Assembly (NCBI GenBank): GCA_038139415.1
Contig: JAYOSV010000007.1
Location: 2,198 to 66,197, forward strand
Length of the DNA stretch: 64,000 nt
Direction of reading: 5' to 3'
Origin: Verrucomicrobiales bacterium
GTDB lineage: Bacteria; Verrucomicrobiota; Verrucomicrobiia; Limisphaerales; UBA1100
Made by a program: the position numbers and the translations under genes. Shown here piece after piece: positions 19,941-28,904 of this stretch. Each line of letters opens with the position of its first letter. The first letter of the stretch is position 1. Below the pieces are notes generated by a model that had not been told where the DNA came from, made no database searches, and saw only the letters and a program-made list of their open reading frames with translations.

Positions 19941-21288
19941 TGGCCAGAGTGAGGGCCTGATGCTGGATGTTCACGAAGAGCGTGGAGCCATCGGGTGAGA
20001 AGGTGGCGCCGGCAAATTCACTGTTGCTCTTGGCGTTGCGGCCAAGCTTGTAAAAGCGGCCGGCAGGCGTGATGCCCACGAGAAATTGTTCGCCGCCACC
20101 GTCCTCGCACAACACCACATCGCCCCAGGGGGCCACGGTGAGGTTGTCGCAGTTATCGCACAGATCCTTGTCGTTCGGCTCGGCAAACAACTCGAGAGTG
20201 TCGCCGGTGAGTTTCCAGACCTGCCCCGCTTTTTTGGCACCGCCATTGGTGCAGGCAAAATAGATTGAGCCTTCAGCGTACCACATGCCTTCGCCGCGTG
20301 CGAACCGGGCGGCACCCTTGGCGAAGCCGCGCTGGCGCAGGTCGTCTTTGGGCGATTCTACCTCATCCATCTCCAGCCAACGCACGGTCAGCTTGCTCCC
20401 GACTGGCACGCGTTGCTCTTCCCAGTTACGGGTATCTAGCGCCGCGGCGTCCTCCACCACTAGCGCCTGTAGTTTGCCGCCGCGGGCGAGTTGGCCTTTG
20501 ACGTTGGGAATGAACCGGTAGAGCAGTCCATCGTGGCGGTCTTCGGTTTGGTACACGATGCCGGTTTTGGGATCTACCGCAATGGCCTCGTGATTAAACC
20601 GTCCCATCGACTTGAGTGCCACGGCCTGGGCCAGGTGTGGTTTGGCGGTGGCCGGCACTTCAAAATTATAGCCGTGATCCAGCGAACACACTTTACCGGC
20701 GCGTTCGACCGTTTCCTCGCAGGTGATCCAACTGCCCCACGGTGTGAGTCCGCCGGCGCAGTTGCGCAGAGTGCCGGAGAGACTGAGGAATTGCTGCACC
20801 GTACGTTGGCGCTGAGTATCGTATACTAGGGTGGTCGTGCCGCCGAGGCAGGGCACGCGGGCACCTAAATTGGGGCGTTCGCCGGGGTCGTACAATTTGG
20901 CGCGAATCCCGTCGGTGAGCTTATTGTTGTCCTTGCCAAAGGGGCCTACGGTGGGTGTCACGGCCGGATTGATCTCGTGGTTGCGCACCAGAATCGTCGT
21001 GCCCTTCGGGCCAGGGAAGGCGGCCATGCCGTCCGGTTTTCCAGGCACAACCAGGCCGTCATTCATCGGCTGACCCGCCTGAGAAATGATGCGGTAGCGG
21101 AAGCCCTTGGGCAGTTCTAGAATCTGGTCCGGGTCAGGCTGCAACATACCGTAGCCTTCGGTCCGCAGGGCGTCCTTGTCAGATTGGTGCGCGCTGAGGG
21201 TTTGCAAACCACCAAAACCGGCGGCGACCGCAGCGGAGTGTTGCAGAAAATCGCGGCGTGAAAATCTCATGCGCGAATCGTCGGTCAA
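19912..21288 (-). CDS. phoX: PhoX-family (DUF839) phosphatase with Tat signal
   Basis: Twin-arginine motif SRRDFLQHSAAVAAGFGG. PhoX-like blocks GSWITCEET, NCDNLTVAPWGDVVLCEDG and EFAGATFSPDGSTLFVNIQ. Confidence 0.75.
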   Translation of the reverse strand: MTDDSRMRFSRRDFLQHSAAVAAGFGGLQTLSAHQSDKDALRTEGYGMLQPDPDQILELPKGFRYRIISQAGQPMNDGLVVPGKPDGMAAFPGPKGTTILVRNHEINPAVTPTVGPFGKDNNKLTDGIRAKLYDPGERPNLGARVPCLGGTTTLVYDTQRQRTVQQFLSLSGTLRNCAGGLTPWGSWITCEETVERAGKVCSLDHGYNFEVPATAKPHLAQAVALKSMGRFNHEAIAVDPKTGIVYQTEDRHDGLLYRFIPNVKGQLARGGKLQALVVEDAAALDTRNWEEQRVPVGSKLTVRWLEMDEVESPKDDLRQRGFAKGAARFARGEGMWYAEGSIYFACTNGGAKKAGQVWKLTGDTLELFAEPNDKDLCDNCDNLTVAPWGDVVLCEDGGGEQFLVGITPAGRFYKLGRNAKSNSEFAGATFSPDGSTLFVNIQHQALTLAITGPWKDRQ

Positions 21289-21377
21289 TGGCCGTGCAAA
21301 GTCAAAAGGCTTTCGTTATCAGCCGTCCCTCAAACTGCTGATCAGAGGCTTGGGTGACTCCTGCTGCGGTAGCAGGG

Positions 21378-22808
21378 TTAGGGTTTGATCTTTTTCAGTA
21401 TAGGATCCTTTACGGCCTTCATACGGGTGAGGATTTGGGTGTGGAGTTTCCTGACTACGACGGCGTTTTTCTTTTGGCCGATCACATTGCGTGATTCGGC
21501 TGGATCATTTTTCAAATCAAACAACTCATCACGTTCCGGATTCAGAAAATCGCGGACCAACTTCCAATCGGATGTGCGGATCATGCGCATGTGGGTTTTG
21601 GACTGGTGATGGGTGCTGTATTCGCCATAGCAGACATCCGGCCATTCGATGTCCTTGCCCATGAGCGCGGGCGTGATGTCTCGGCCGCGGATAGTCTCGC
21701 CTTTGGGCAACGGCACGCCGGTGAGGTTGAGCAGGGTGGGATACCAATCGAGATTGGCCACAGGTAAATCCAATGTGGAGTTGGGCGCAATCTTACCCGG
21801 CCATCGGACGGCGGTAGGCACGAAGATCGAATTGTCGTACATGTTCGGCCGTTGGTTGCGCGGAATGTTCGGGTTGGTTACAGGAGGCGCGGGCTTGAGA
21901 GCCCAGTGCCCGTTGCCTTTGTGCCAGATGCCGTTGTGGCCCATGCTGTAGCCGTGGTCGCTCGTGAAGACTACGATGGTATTTTCGGCGAGGTGGAGCT
22001 GATCCAAATGTTTCAAGACACGTCCCACGTTGCGGTCTATGCCTTTTACACTGCCGAGATAATCGCGCGTCATGCGTTTTATACGTTCGACATCGAGGTT
22101 GGGGAAATCCGGGTTGGGGATTTTTGGGTCCAGTTTTTCAAACGGCTTCCGGTCGCTATCCGGCTGCGGTAACCACGCGGTGTGCGGGGCGCGGTAGTGG
22201 AGGCAGAGCAGAAAGGCGCGGTCTTTGTTTCGATCGATAAACCGCAGGGCGTCGTCGGTGAGAATATCGTAGGTGTAGCCATCGACCTGCTGATCTTTGC
22301 CATTCACCTCGAGTGTGGGGCGGATGACCTTGTTGCCGCCGGTGCGGAAACCCATGAAATAATCGAAACCGGTCTTGGTGGGGTGAAACTTGTCCGGCAC
22401 ACCCAGATGCCATTTACCCACCAGCCCCGTCCGATAGCCGGCGGACTGCATGGCCTCGGTCCAGGTTACGGTCTTGGGGTTCAGGCCCAGATCGGGTTCA
22501 TTGCGTGGATGAATCCAGTCCGTGACGCCCAGTTCACTGCCGTAACGGCTGGTCATCAGGCTGGTGCGAGATGGGCTGCAAACGGGGGTGACGACGTACG
22601 ATTTCTTGAGCCACATGCCCTGCTTGAACAGCTTGTCGAGATGGGGTGTATTGGCGTGTGGATGCCCAGAAAGGCCGAGCGCCCAGGGTGCTTGATCGTC
22701 CGTTAGGATGAACACCACATTGGGCTTTTGCCTATCGGGACCTTTGGCTGAAACCAGCGAGCCGAGTATCATTCCAAAAACGAATAGAAAACGAACAGTC
22801 CATTGCAT
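21378..22808 (-). CDS. sulfatase (formylglycine-dependent)
   Basis: Signal peptide, NVVFILTDDQ and the CSPSRTSLMTSRY (C-x-P-x-R) formylglycine motif. Confidence 0.9.
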   Translation of the reverse strand: MQWTVRFLFVFGMILGSLVSAKGPDRQKPNVVFILTDDQAPWALGLSGHPHANTPHLDKLFKQGMWLKKSYVVTPVCSPSRTSLMTSRYGSELGVTDWIHPRNEPDLGLNPKTVTWTEAMQSAGYRTGLVGKWHLGVPDKFHPTKTGFDYFMGFRTGGNKVIRPTLEVNGKDQQVDGYTYDILTDDALRFIDRNKDRAFLLCLHYRAPHTAWLPQPDSDRKPFEKLDPKIPNPDFPNLDVERIKRMTRDYLGSVKGIDRNVGRVLKHLDQLHLAENTIVVFTSDHGYSMGHNGIWHKGNGHWALKPAPPVTNPNIPRNQRPNMYDNSIFVPTAVRWPGKIAPNSTLDLPVANLDWYPTLLNLTGVPLPKGETIRGRDITPALMGKDIEWPDVCYGEYSTHHQSKTHMRMIRTSDWKLVRDFLNPERDELFDLKNDPAESRNVIGQKKNAVVVRKLHTQILTRMKAVKDPILKKIKP

Positions 22809-22874
22809 GCCGCGATGCTACGGCGGGTAGGGAGGGGTGACAACTGCGGAGTGAGAGGGGACTCCTCTCCCTGC

Positions 22875-24176
22875 TTAGGCCGGGGTCAACAGTTTCGGGA
22901 CCATGATGCCATCGGTTAGACTCATGGGGCGGCCGACGGGGGTCATCAATTCTTTGAAAGTATCAATACCCAGAGCATGCAGGAGCGTGGCGTGCACGTC
23001 TGCAACGCTGACAGCTTTGCCGGGTTCCTTGCTGACGCCTTCCGGATCAGTTTCGCCGTGCACATAGCCGCGCCGGATTCCGCCGCCGGCGAGGGCGATG
23101 GAAAAGCCAGTAGGCCAATGATCCCGACCATCGGCGGCGTTGATCTTGGGCGTGCGCCCGAATTCGCCGGCGCATACCACGAGGGTATCTTTCAGGCGAT
23201 CGCGCGCGCGCAATTCGCGGATCAGACCGGCGAGAGCGGGGTCCAAAATGGCGTTTTGCTCGGCCACAAAGGCGTGGTTATTGGCGTGGGTATCCCAGCC
23301 ATTGAGGGTAACCTCCACACAACGGACACCGGTCTCGATTAGCTGCACGGCGGCTAGGCAGGCGTTGCCAAAAGGAGTTTTACCGAAACCATCGTGATTG
23401 GCGGCCGGTGCCTGTGTGACATCGAATGCGTTGATTTGGTCTGAACGCATCATGCGTAGGGCCTTGTCGATGGTGTGATTGTGCAGCGTGGTTTTCTCAT
23501 CCAACTGCGGCCGGCGTCGGCGGGCGAAGTTTTGCTCCACGATCCGTAGATCATCGAGGCGCCGATCCAGCCGCTCGGGTTTTACGCGTGCGGTGAGATT
23601 GCCGGCGCGACCTTCAGTGTTGTAGACCTTGAAGGCATCCCATTGCGCACCGAGATAACCGCCACGGGCGGGCCATTGGTTGGGTAGAATGGAAATGTGT
23701 CGGGGAATATCCACCTGCAGATCTTCCGGCCCGTTCAACTGATGACACACCACCGCGCCAATGGCCGGATGCACCAGGGTGGGATCGGGCCGATGCCCCG
23801 TCTTCACATGGTAGGTGCCGCGTTCGTGATCGCCTTCGCGGCTAACCACCGATCGCACCAGCGTCATCTCATCCATCACCTCGGCAGTCTGCGGCAGGCC
23901 GGCAGCAATTTGGATGCCCTTGGCCGCCGTACCGATGGCCTTTGTGCCGCCGGCAATTTTTTTACCGGGATGAGGGTCAAAGGTTTCCAGCTGGCTCGGG
24001 CCGCCGCCCATCCAAAGCATGATGATGGATTTGGCTGAGCCGCCCTTGGGCGCCTGCTCCTGCGCGCGACCGAGCCAATGGGCCACCGGCGTGAGCCACG
24101 CCAGACCGCTGAGGCCGGCGGTGCGAAGGAGGGTGCGGCGGGAAATGTGCGTGGAACTATTGCAGGCGGGGTTCAT
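22875..24176 (-). CDS. DUF1501 domain protein (sulfatase-like fold) with Tat signal
   Basis: SRRTLLRTAGLSGLAWL Tat-like N-terminus and the conserved GEFGRTP...GRDHWP block. Start at MNPAC (24176), 1 nt after the upstream gene's stop. Confidence 0.85.
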   Translation of the reverse strand: MNPACNSSTHISRRTLLRTAGLSGLAWLTPVAHWLGRAQEQAPKGGSAKSIIMLWMGGGPSQLETFDPHPGKKIAGGTKAIGTAAKGIQIAAGLPQTAEVMDEMTLVRSVVSREGDHERGTYHVKTGHRPDPTLVHPAIGAVVCHQLNGPEDLQVDIPRHISILPNQWPARGGYLGAQWDAFKVYNTEGRAGNLTARVKPERLDRRLDDLRIVEQNFARRRRPQLDEKTTLHNHTIDKALRMMRSDQINAFDVTQAPAANHDGFGKTPFGNACLAAVQLIETGVRCVEVTLNGWDTHANNHAFVAEQNAILDPALAGLIRELRARDRLKDTLVVCAGEFGRTPKINAADGRDHWPTGFSIALAGGGIRRGYVHGETDPEGVSKEPGKAVSVADVHATLLHALGIDTFKELMTPVGRPMSLTDGIMVPKLLTPA

Positions 24177-24177
24177 G

Positions 24178-25833
24178 TCAGTGGTTCCAGGAAAACTCGG
24201 TGGAATTGAGCAGGGCCCAATACAGATCGGCCATGCGGTTGCGGCGGGCAAAGCGGCCGCCTTCGTCCAGTGCGGCCACAAAATGGGCGGATTCCTTTGG
24301 GCTGGGCCGGCGGCTAAGCACAGCCAGATAGGCCGCCTCCACGGCGGATGGGTTATCGCGCGCCGTGGCAAGAATGCGGGTGGCGGCGTTGGCCACGATG
24401 TTGTCCTTGATGCGTTCGTGCACCATATTGCCGTTCATCAACAGTAACCGCTGCGGGATGGTGCCGCCGGTGGCGGAAAATTCATCCTCCCCCACATCGC
24501 CATAGAGTTTGATGAAATCACTCCGTTGCGCGGACCGGCTAAGCTGCCAGATGATGTGGGCATTGGCATCAATCGGCTTGAGCGACGCGGCTTGCAAGAT
24601 GCTGCCGGCCACCTGCTCGGGCCGCAGGCGCGTGAGACCAAAGGCTGCCCAGTGGGCGTCATGTTGGTCGGTGGGCGGTTCGGCGCCCTCGCTGTCCAAC
24701 TGAAACACACGCGTGGAGGCGATCACGCGAATGAGTCGGCGGAGATCGTAGTTGTTGGCGATGAAATCGTCGGCCAACGCTTCCAGCCCGGGTGGGAATG
24801 GTTTTTCCGTGGTGGCTTGGAGAGGGATTTGATCCACCGGCGTAACCAGCGGTCGCCCGAACATGAGTGCCCAGACGCGGTTCACGGTGGCACGGGCAAA
24901 GGCGCGATTTTCCTTATGTGTCACCCAATCGGCCAGACGTCGGCGCGGGTGTCCTTCCTCGGGTAATAACTCCGCGCTAAAAGGCACCTGCGGCGGCACG
25001 GCGTTGGTTTCGCCCGCTCCGCGATACTTGAAAACGTACGGTTTGTCGGTCTCATGAATGCCCGAGGCGGTCATGTCGGCTTCGCCAAAAAAAGAGGCGA
25101 GCTGATGGAAATCCCTCTGCAACCAATCGTCGCCAAGATAATCGTCATGACATTGCACGCAGTCGATGCGTACACCGAGAAAGGCGCGGGTGACGCGGGC
25201 GGCCAGCTTGGCTTCGTCGGGGCCCTTGTTTTCGTTTTGATCGATGGTGACCGTCACAAAGTTCACCTCGGGATTGTTGGTCCACAATCCTTTAGCGGTG
25301 ATGAGTGAGCGCACAATGCGGTCGTAAGGCCGGTTCACATGAATCTCGTCTGACAACCAGCTAACAAACCGCCGCCGCCGGTAGATGAGAAACGGGCCGT
25401 TCTCCACGCCCACCGTGGCGCGCGCGAAGCGCTCGGCCAGATGATCGCTGGTACGGCGGTCCTCAAACAGATGGCTAAGCCACCATTGAACCCGCGTGCC
25501 TTCAGGCTGTTTTTCCAGTTCGCGGATTTCCTCCAGTGAAGGAATGGTTCCGGTGAGGCCGAGGGATAGGCGGCGGACCAGCGTGAGTTCGTCGGCCGGC
25601 TGCATTGGCTCCAGCCCGGTCCGGTCCCAGTTCGCTTCGAACTGGTTATCCACCACTTGAACCGTTGCCTCAAAGCTGGCGTTTTGAAATTTGCGCGGTT
25701 CATGATCGCGCGGCGAGTTCATGGTATCGGACTGCAAGAGGTCGCTGACCACCGCGCCCGCGCCTACCAAGCAGATCACGGCGAAGAGCAGGTTGCGTTG
25801 CCATACGGGCGGGGGTACCTTGGCGCCGGTCAT
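24178..25833 (-). CDS. DUF1549/DUF1553 protein lacking the N-terminal PSCyt cytochrome domain
   Basis: It contains RIDCVQCHDDYLGDDW (CxxCH-like block of DUF1549) and a DUF1553-like C-terminus ending LNSTEFSWNH. It is paired with the DUF1501 gene downstream. Start taken at the ATG at 25833. Confidence 0.75.
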   Translation of the reverse strand: MTGAKVPPPVWQRNLLFAVICLVGAGAVVSDLLQSDTMNSPRDHEPRKFQNASFEATVQVVDNQFEANWDRTGLEPMQPADELTLVRRLSLGLTGTIPSLEEIRELEKQPEGTRVQWWLSHLFEDRRTSDHLAERFARATVGVENGPFLIYRRRRFVSWLSDEIHVNRPYDRIVRSLITAKGLWTNNPEVNFVTVTIDQNENKGPDEAKLAARVTRAFLGVRIDCVQCHDDYLGDDWLQRDFHQLASFFGEADMTASGIHETDKPYVFKYRGAGETNAVPPQVPFSAELLPEEGHPRRRLADWVTHKENRAFARATVNRVWALMFGRPLVTPVDQIPLQATTEKPFPPGLEALADDFIANNYDLRRLIRVIASTRVFQLDSEGAEPPTDQHDAHWAAFGLTRLRPEQVAGSILQAASLKPIDANAHIIWQLSRSAQRSDFIKLYGDVGEDEFSATGGTIPQRLLLMNGNMVHERIKDNIVANAATRILATARDNPSAVEAAYLAVLSRRPSPKESAHFVAALDEGGRFARRNRMADLYWALLNSTEFSWNH

Positions 25834-25854
25834 TGCTTCAGGACTATACCACCA

Positions 25855-27189
25855 GTGGATAAGCAATCGCAAGAGGAGGGTCTAAATGAGGCAGGGGAAA
25901 ACCCTGAAGTCCCGCCCTTGCTGAATGAAGACGATGCTGCTGAATTGCCGCCGATCCTGAAAGAACAAGCCTCCAAGCCGTCCCCGGAATCCGTTGCGTC
26001 TCAGGTTCCTGATGCGTCCGAACCGGAAACGCCGGTGACTCGTTCGAACTCGCCGGGGGATGAACCGGTGACTGCGTCCGTTCAGCAATCCATTTTCGTT
26101 CGAGCTTGGACTGGCTTTTACGCCGCAATCGGCTGGTGCTTTGGCTTGGTGTGCCTGATCGCGGGGCTGGCAGTGGTGGCGGCTATTCCGTTGGTGAACC
26201 TGGTCGGCTTGGGCTATTTGCTGTTTGCCTGCGGGCATATTGCCAGTACTGGCAGATTTCGGGATGGCTTTGTGGGTGTGCGGCGGGCCGGCCGGCTGGG
26301 CGGCGCGATTCTGGGCGTGTGGCTGGTACTTTGGCCGGCACGTATGTTGGCGTCCCTACGTGATTCGGCGATGGTCGTATCGCCTGAGAAGGCCGGGTTT
26401 TGGATTGTTGCACTCTGGGTAGTTACGGGCATTACCATACTGCATATAGCTTGGGCATTGATACGTGGAGGAAAGTTGCGCTATTTCGTTTGGCCGGCAC
26501 CCATAAGGTTATTTTTTTGGCTGGGTGAGTCCAATAAATTTGCCACAGCTCGTGATGCGCTATGGAAAACCGTTGCCGGCTTGCAGTTGCCGCGGTTGTT
26601 CTGGCTTGGCGCGCGTGGTTTTGCAGGTACCGTACTCTGGTTAATTATACCGGTGGGCTTGATGGTTCTTGCTTCCTTGATTCCACATAATGCAGGCATC
26701 TTAGTTTCTCTGCTTGGAGGGTTACTGATGATGCTTGTCGTTCTGCTTCTTCCGTTCCTACAGGTATGGTTTGCGAAGGAGGGACGTATGCGTGCTTTCG
26801 TGGAGGTATGGCCGGTACTTAAGCTTATGGGTCGTTCACCATTTCGATGTTGGATCGCTCTGGCCTTAACCCTCACCTCATCTTTGCCGTTGTTCCTTTT
26901 AAAAGTGGAACTCACCCCGGCCGAGATCACCTGGCTGCCGGCTTTGTTCTTTGTGGTGTTTGGTTTACCTGCTCGCCTGATTGCCGGTTGGGCAATGGGC
27001 AGAGCCATATCACACGAGCCCTTGAAATCAGGCTGGACTCGATGGTTTAGTCGGTTGGCTGCCTTTGGATTGGCGGTTCCGTTTATCTTTGCCTACGTGT
27101 TGATTCTCTTTTTCTCCCAGTTCATATCTTGGAACGGAACACTGAGCCTCCTCGAGCAACACGCCTTTTTGATTCCTAGCCCGTTTTAA
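25855..27189 (+). CDS. polytopic membrane protein of unknown family (start uncertain)
   Basis: The long ORF has at least 8 hydrophobic helices after an acidic/Pro-rich N-terminal region. The track start (25657) overlaps the divergent gene. The first in-frame start past it is the GTG at 25855, and the TTG at 25918 is also possible. There is no in-frame ATG. Confidence 0.5.
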   Translation: MDKQSQEEGLNEAGENPEVPPLLNEDDAAELPPILKEQASKPSPESVASQVPDASEPETPVTRSNSPGDEPVTASVQQSIFVRAWTGFYAAIGWCFGLVCLIAGLAVVAAIPLVNLVGLGYLLFACGHIASTGRFRDGFVGVRRAGRLGGAILGVWLVLWPARMLASLRDSAMVVSPEKAGFWIVALWVVTGITILHIAWALIRGGKLRYFVWPAPIRLFFWLGESNKFATARDALWKTVAGLQLPRLFWLGARGFAGTVLWLIIPVGLMVLASLIPHNAGILVSLLGGLLMMLVVLLLPFLQVWFAKEGRMRAFVEVWPVLKLMGRSPFRCWIALALTLTSSLPLFLLKVELTPAEITWLPALFFVVFGLPARLIAGWAMGRAISHEPLKSGWTRWFSRLAAFGLAVPFIFAYVLILFFSQFISWNGTLSLLEQHAFLIPSPF

Positions 27190-27194
27190 GGCTT

Positions 27195-28136
27195 TCAGTT
27201 TCCGGTCAGGGCCAATACCGCCCAGCAGGTGGCACTGATGGAGATGAACTGGTCTTGACCGTGCGGAAAGCCACTTTCGAAATATTTCTGGATAGGCTGG
27301 CTGCGGGTCTTTACGTGCCACGAGCCGTCTGGCTTCTGGTTTTTGAGTAACCATTGGATACCCTTTTTAAATTGAGGCGAGTCGCTTTTTAGTAGGCCGC
27401 ATTTATTAAGGGCAGTCAGGGCCTGACCAGTGGCGTAGGCATCACTTTTCATCGTGGTCAACTGGGCCCAGCCACCTTCTTCGTCTTGCAGATTGAGTAA
27501 GACCTTGGCGGCAGCTTGCGATTCCTTTTGTCGATCTGCCCAGTGTAGGCCTAGCACTTTAAAGACGTGGTCCTCGGTGGTTTTTGGCTGGGCTAGAGCG
27601 ATCCATTGGGCAGCTTTTTTTGCCGGCTCAGAGTTGATCATTGCTTTGATGCCTAAAGCCGTAGCGGTGAAGTGGCTATCTTCCAGTGGTGGGCGGTGGG
27701 TGCGGATGCGCCAACTGCCGTCCGGTTCCTGGGTTTTGAGCAGGTAATTGATTAGGGCTTTCGACGTGGGGTTGGCGGGTTCCTGTGTCGCCTGGAGTTG
27801 GGCGAGGGCGTAGCCGGCAGTGTAGGGCCCACCGGGCACGCCTTCCCCTTTGGGTAGGCGATCCTGGCGATCGGAAAAGTACTCCAGAGTAAAACGGGTT
27901 TGGGTAGTAAATGTTTTTTGCGCGACAGAAAATCCGGACCGTCGGGCCTGGCTAAGAGTCATGATGGGAAGGGCCTGATGATGGCAGGTAAAGCAATCGC
28001 GCGCTTCTACATAGGCAGCGATACTTTTTTCCATTAACAATATTGAACGCTCGACTGCGTGGGTAATGGCCGGATCGGCACCGAAGGCAGTCGTCTTTAA
28101 TAGTAGGCAAAGAAGAATTGGAAGAGGCTTAATCAC
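27195..28136 (-). CDS. prenyltransferase/squalene-oxidase repeat protein with a CxxCH motif
   Basis: Signal peptide. Three repeats of the QxxDGSW/GGW type (QEPDGSWRIRT, QDEEGGWAQL, QKPDGSWHVKT), plus DCFTCHHQ near the N-terminus. Confidence 0.65.
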   Translation of the reverse strand: MIKPLPILLCLLLKTTAFGADPAITHAVERSILLMEKSIAAYVEARDCFTCHHQALPIMTLSQARRSGFSVAQKTFTTQTRFTLEYFSDRQDRLPKGEGVPGGPYTAGYALAQLQATQEPANPTSKALINYLLKTQEPDGSWRIRTHRPPLEDSHFTATALGIKAMINSEPAKKAAQWIALAQPKTTEDHVFKVLGLHWADRQKESQAAAKVLLNLQDEEGGWAQLTTMKSDAYATGQALTALNKCGLLKSDSPQFKKGIQWLLKNQKPDGSWHVKTRSQPIQKYFESGFPHGQDQFISISATCWAVLALTGN

Positions 28137-28338
28137 TGGGTAGCGGGTGCGCGGCCGGTGTGTTGGTGGCTCGGTTGATGCCTTGTGGCTGTTTTGACTT
28201 TACGGGGGCTTTGGGGTCCTGATTGGCTTGCTGGACCTTCTCCGAAAGCGGAGATGTGTTTTTGCCCAGAGGTTCAGGGTTGTTTTTCTCTCCACATCCG
28301 GCAGCAACGAGAGCGGTTAGGAGATACAACATGCGCAT
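28129..28338 (-). CDS. small predicted lipoprotein
   Basis: 69 aa; MRMLYLLTALVAAGC has a lipobox, followed by a Pro/Lys/Gln-rich tail. It overlaps the downstream gene's start by 8 nt. Confidence 0.45.
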   Translation of the reverse strand: MRMLYLLTALVAAGCGEKNNPEPLGKNTSPLSEKVQQANQDPKAPVKSKQPQGINRATNTPAAHPLPSD

Positions 28339-28797
28339 TCACTCTATCCTATCGGCACGCCTTCGGCTCGTCTATTATAAAGCCATCAATATATTATAGT
28401 CTGCAATAACAGTATCTTTGCCAAGGTTGGTGGTTTTACGTGCTTCTGTATCTCAGAGAACGAATATTTTGGGCATGGGGATAACCCGTGAATTGCCCGT
28501 GTATACGAAATAATAACTGCAACTTTGCGCGCGACCTTTTTGTGGTAGTTTCAATCCGTTGAGCGGATCTTCGGAATCGCTCGGTCAGCCAACTGACCAC
28601 GGGGATGCGACACCTCCAGAGGAATCTTCGGATGCCAAAGGAAATGTCACCCAGCCCTCCTCCGGGAGAGCTGATTCTCTCCGGCGATGTTCTCTCGGGA
28701 ACATCGCCACGGACAACTTCGTCGGAAGGAGTCCACGAGGTTCACGCCTTCGGGCGGGGATTTCGGTGCGAGAGGCAGAACCAAGTCCACGGCAGGC

Positions 28798-28898
28798 TCC
28801 TTTCGGGGAGACTGCTACTGGGCGGTCGGAAGGCAAGTGCCCTACCAAGGGCATTGACCTTCGAGCAAAAGCTCTCTCGGGAGCGGACGCGAAAAGGA
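28798..28898 (+). promoter_or_regulatory. glycine-riboswitch-like three-way junction inside the glyQS leader (hypothesis)
   Basis: Proposed fold:
- P1: 28798-28805 (UCCUUUCG) with 28890-28898 (CGAAAAGGA), 8 bp and one bulged A
- J1/2: GGGAGA
- P2: CUGCU-acug-GGCGG
- P3a: GAAGG / CCUUC
- P3b: UGCCC-uaccaa-GGGCA
- then GAGCAAAA-[inserted hairpin GCUCucucggGAGC]-GGAC

From memory, the glycine aptamer consensus blocks are GGAGAG, CCGAAGG.GCAA and CUCAGGCAAAAGGAC. Confidence 0.3.
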
Positions 28899-28904
28899 TT
28901 GGTA

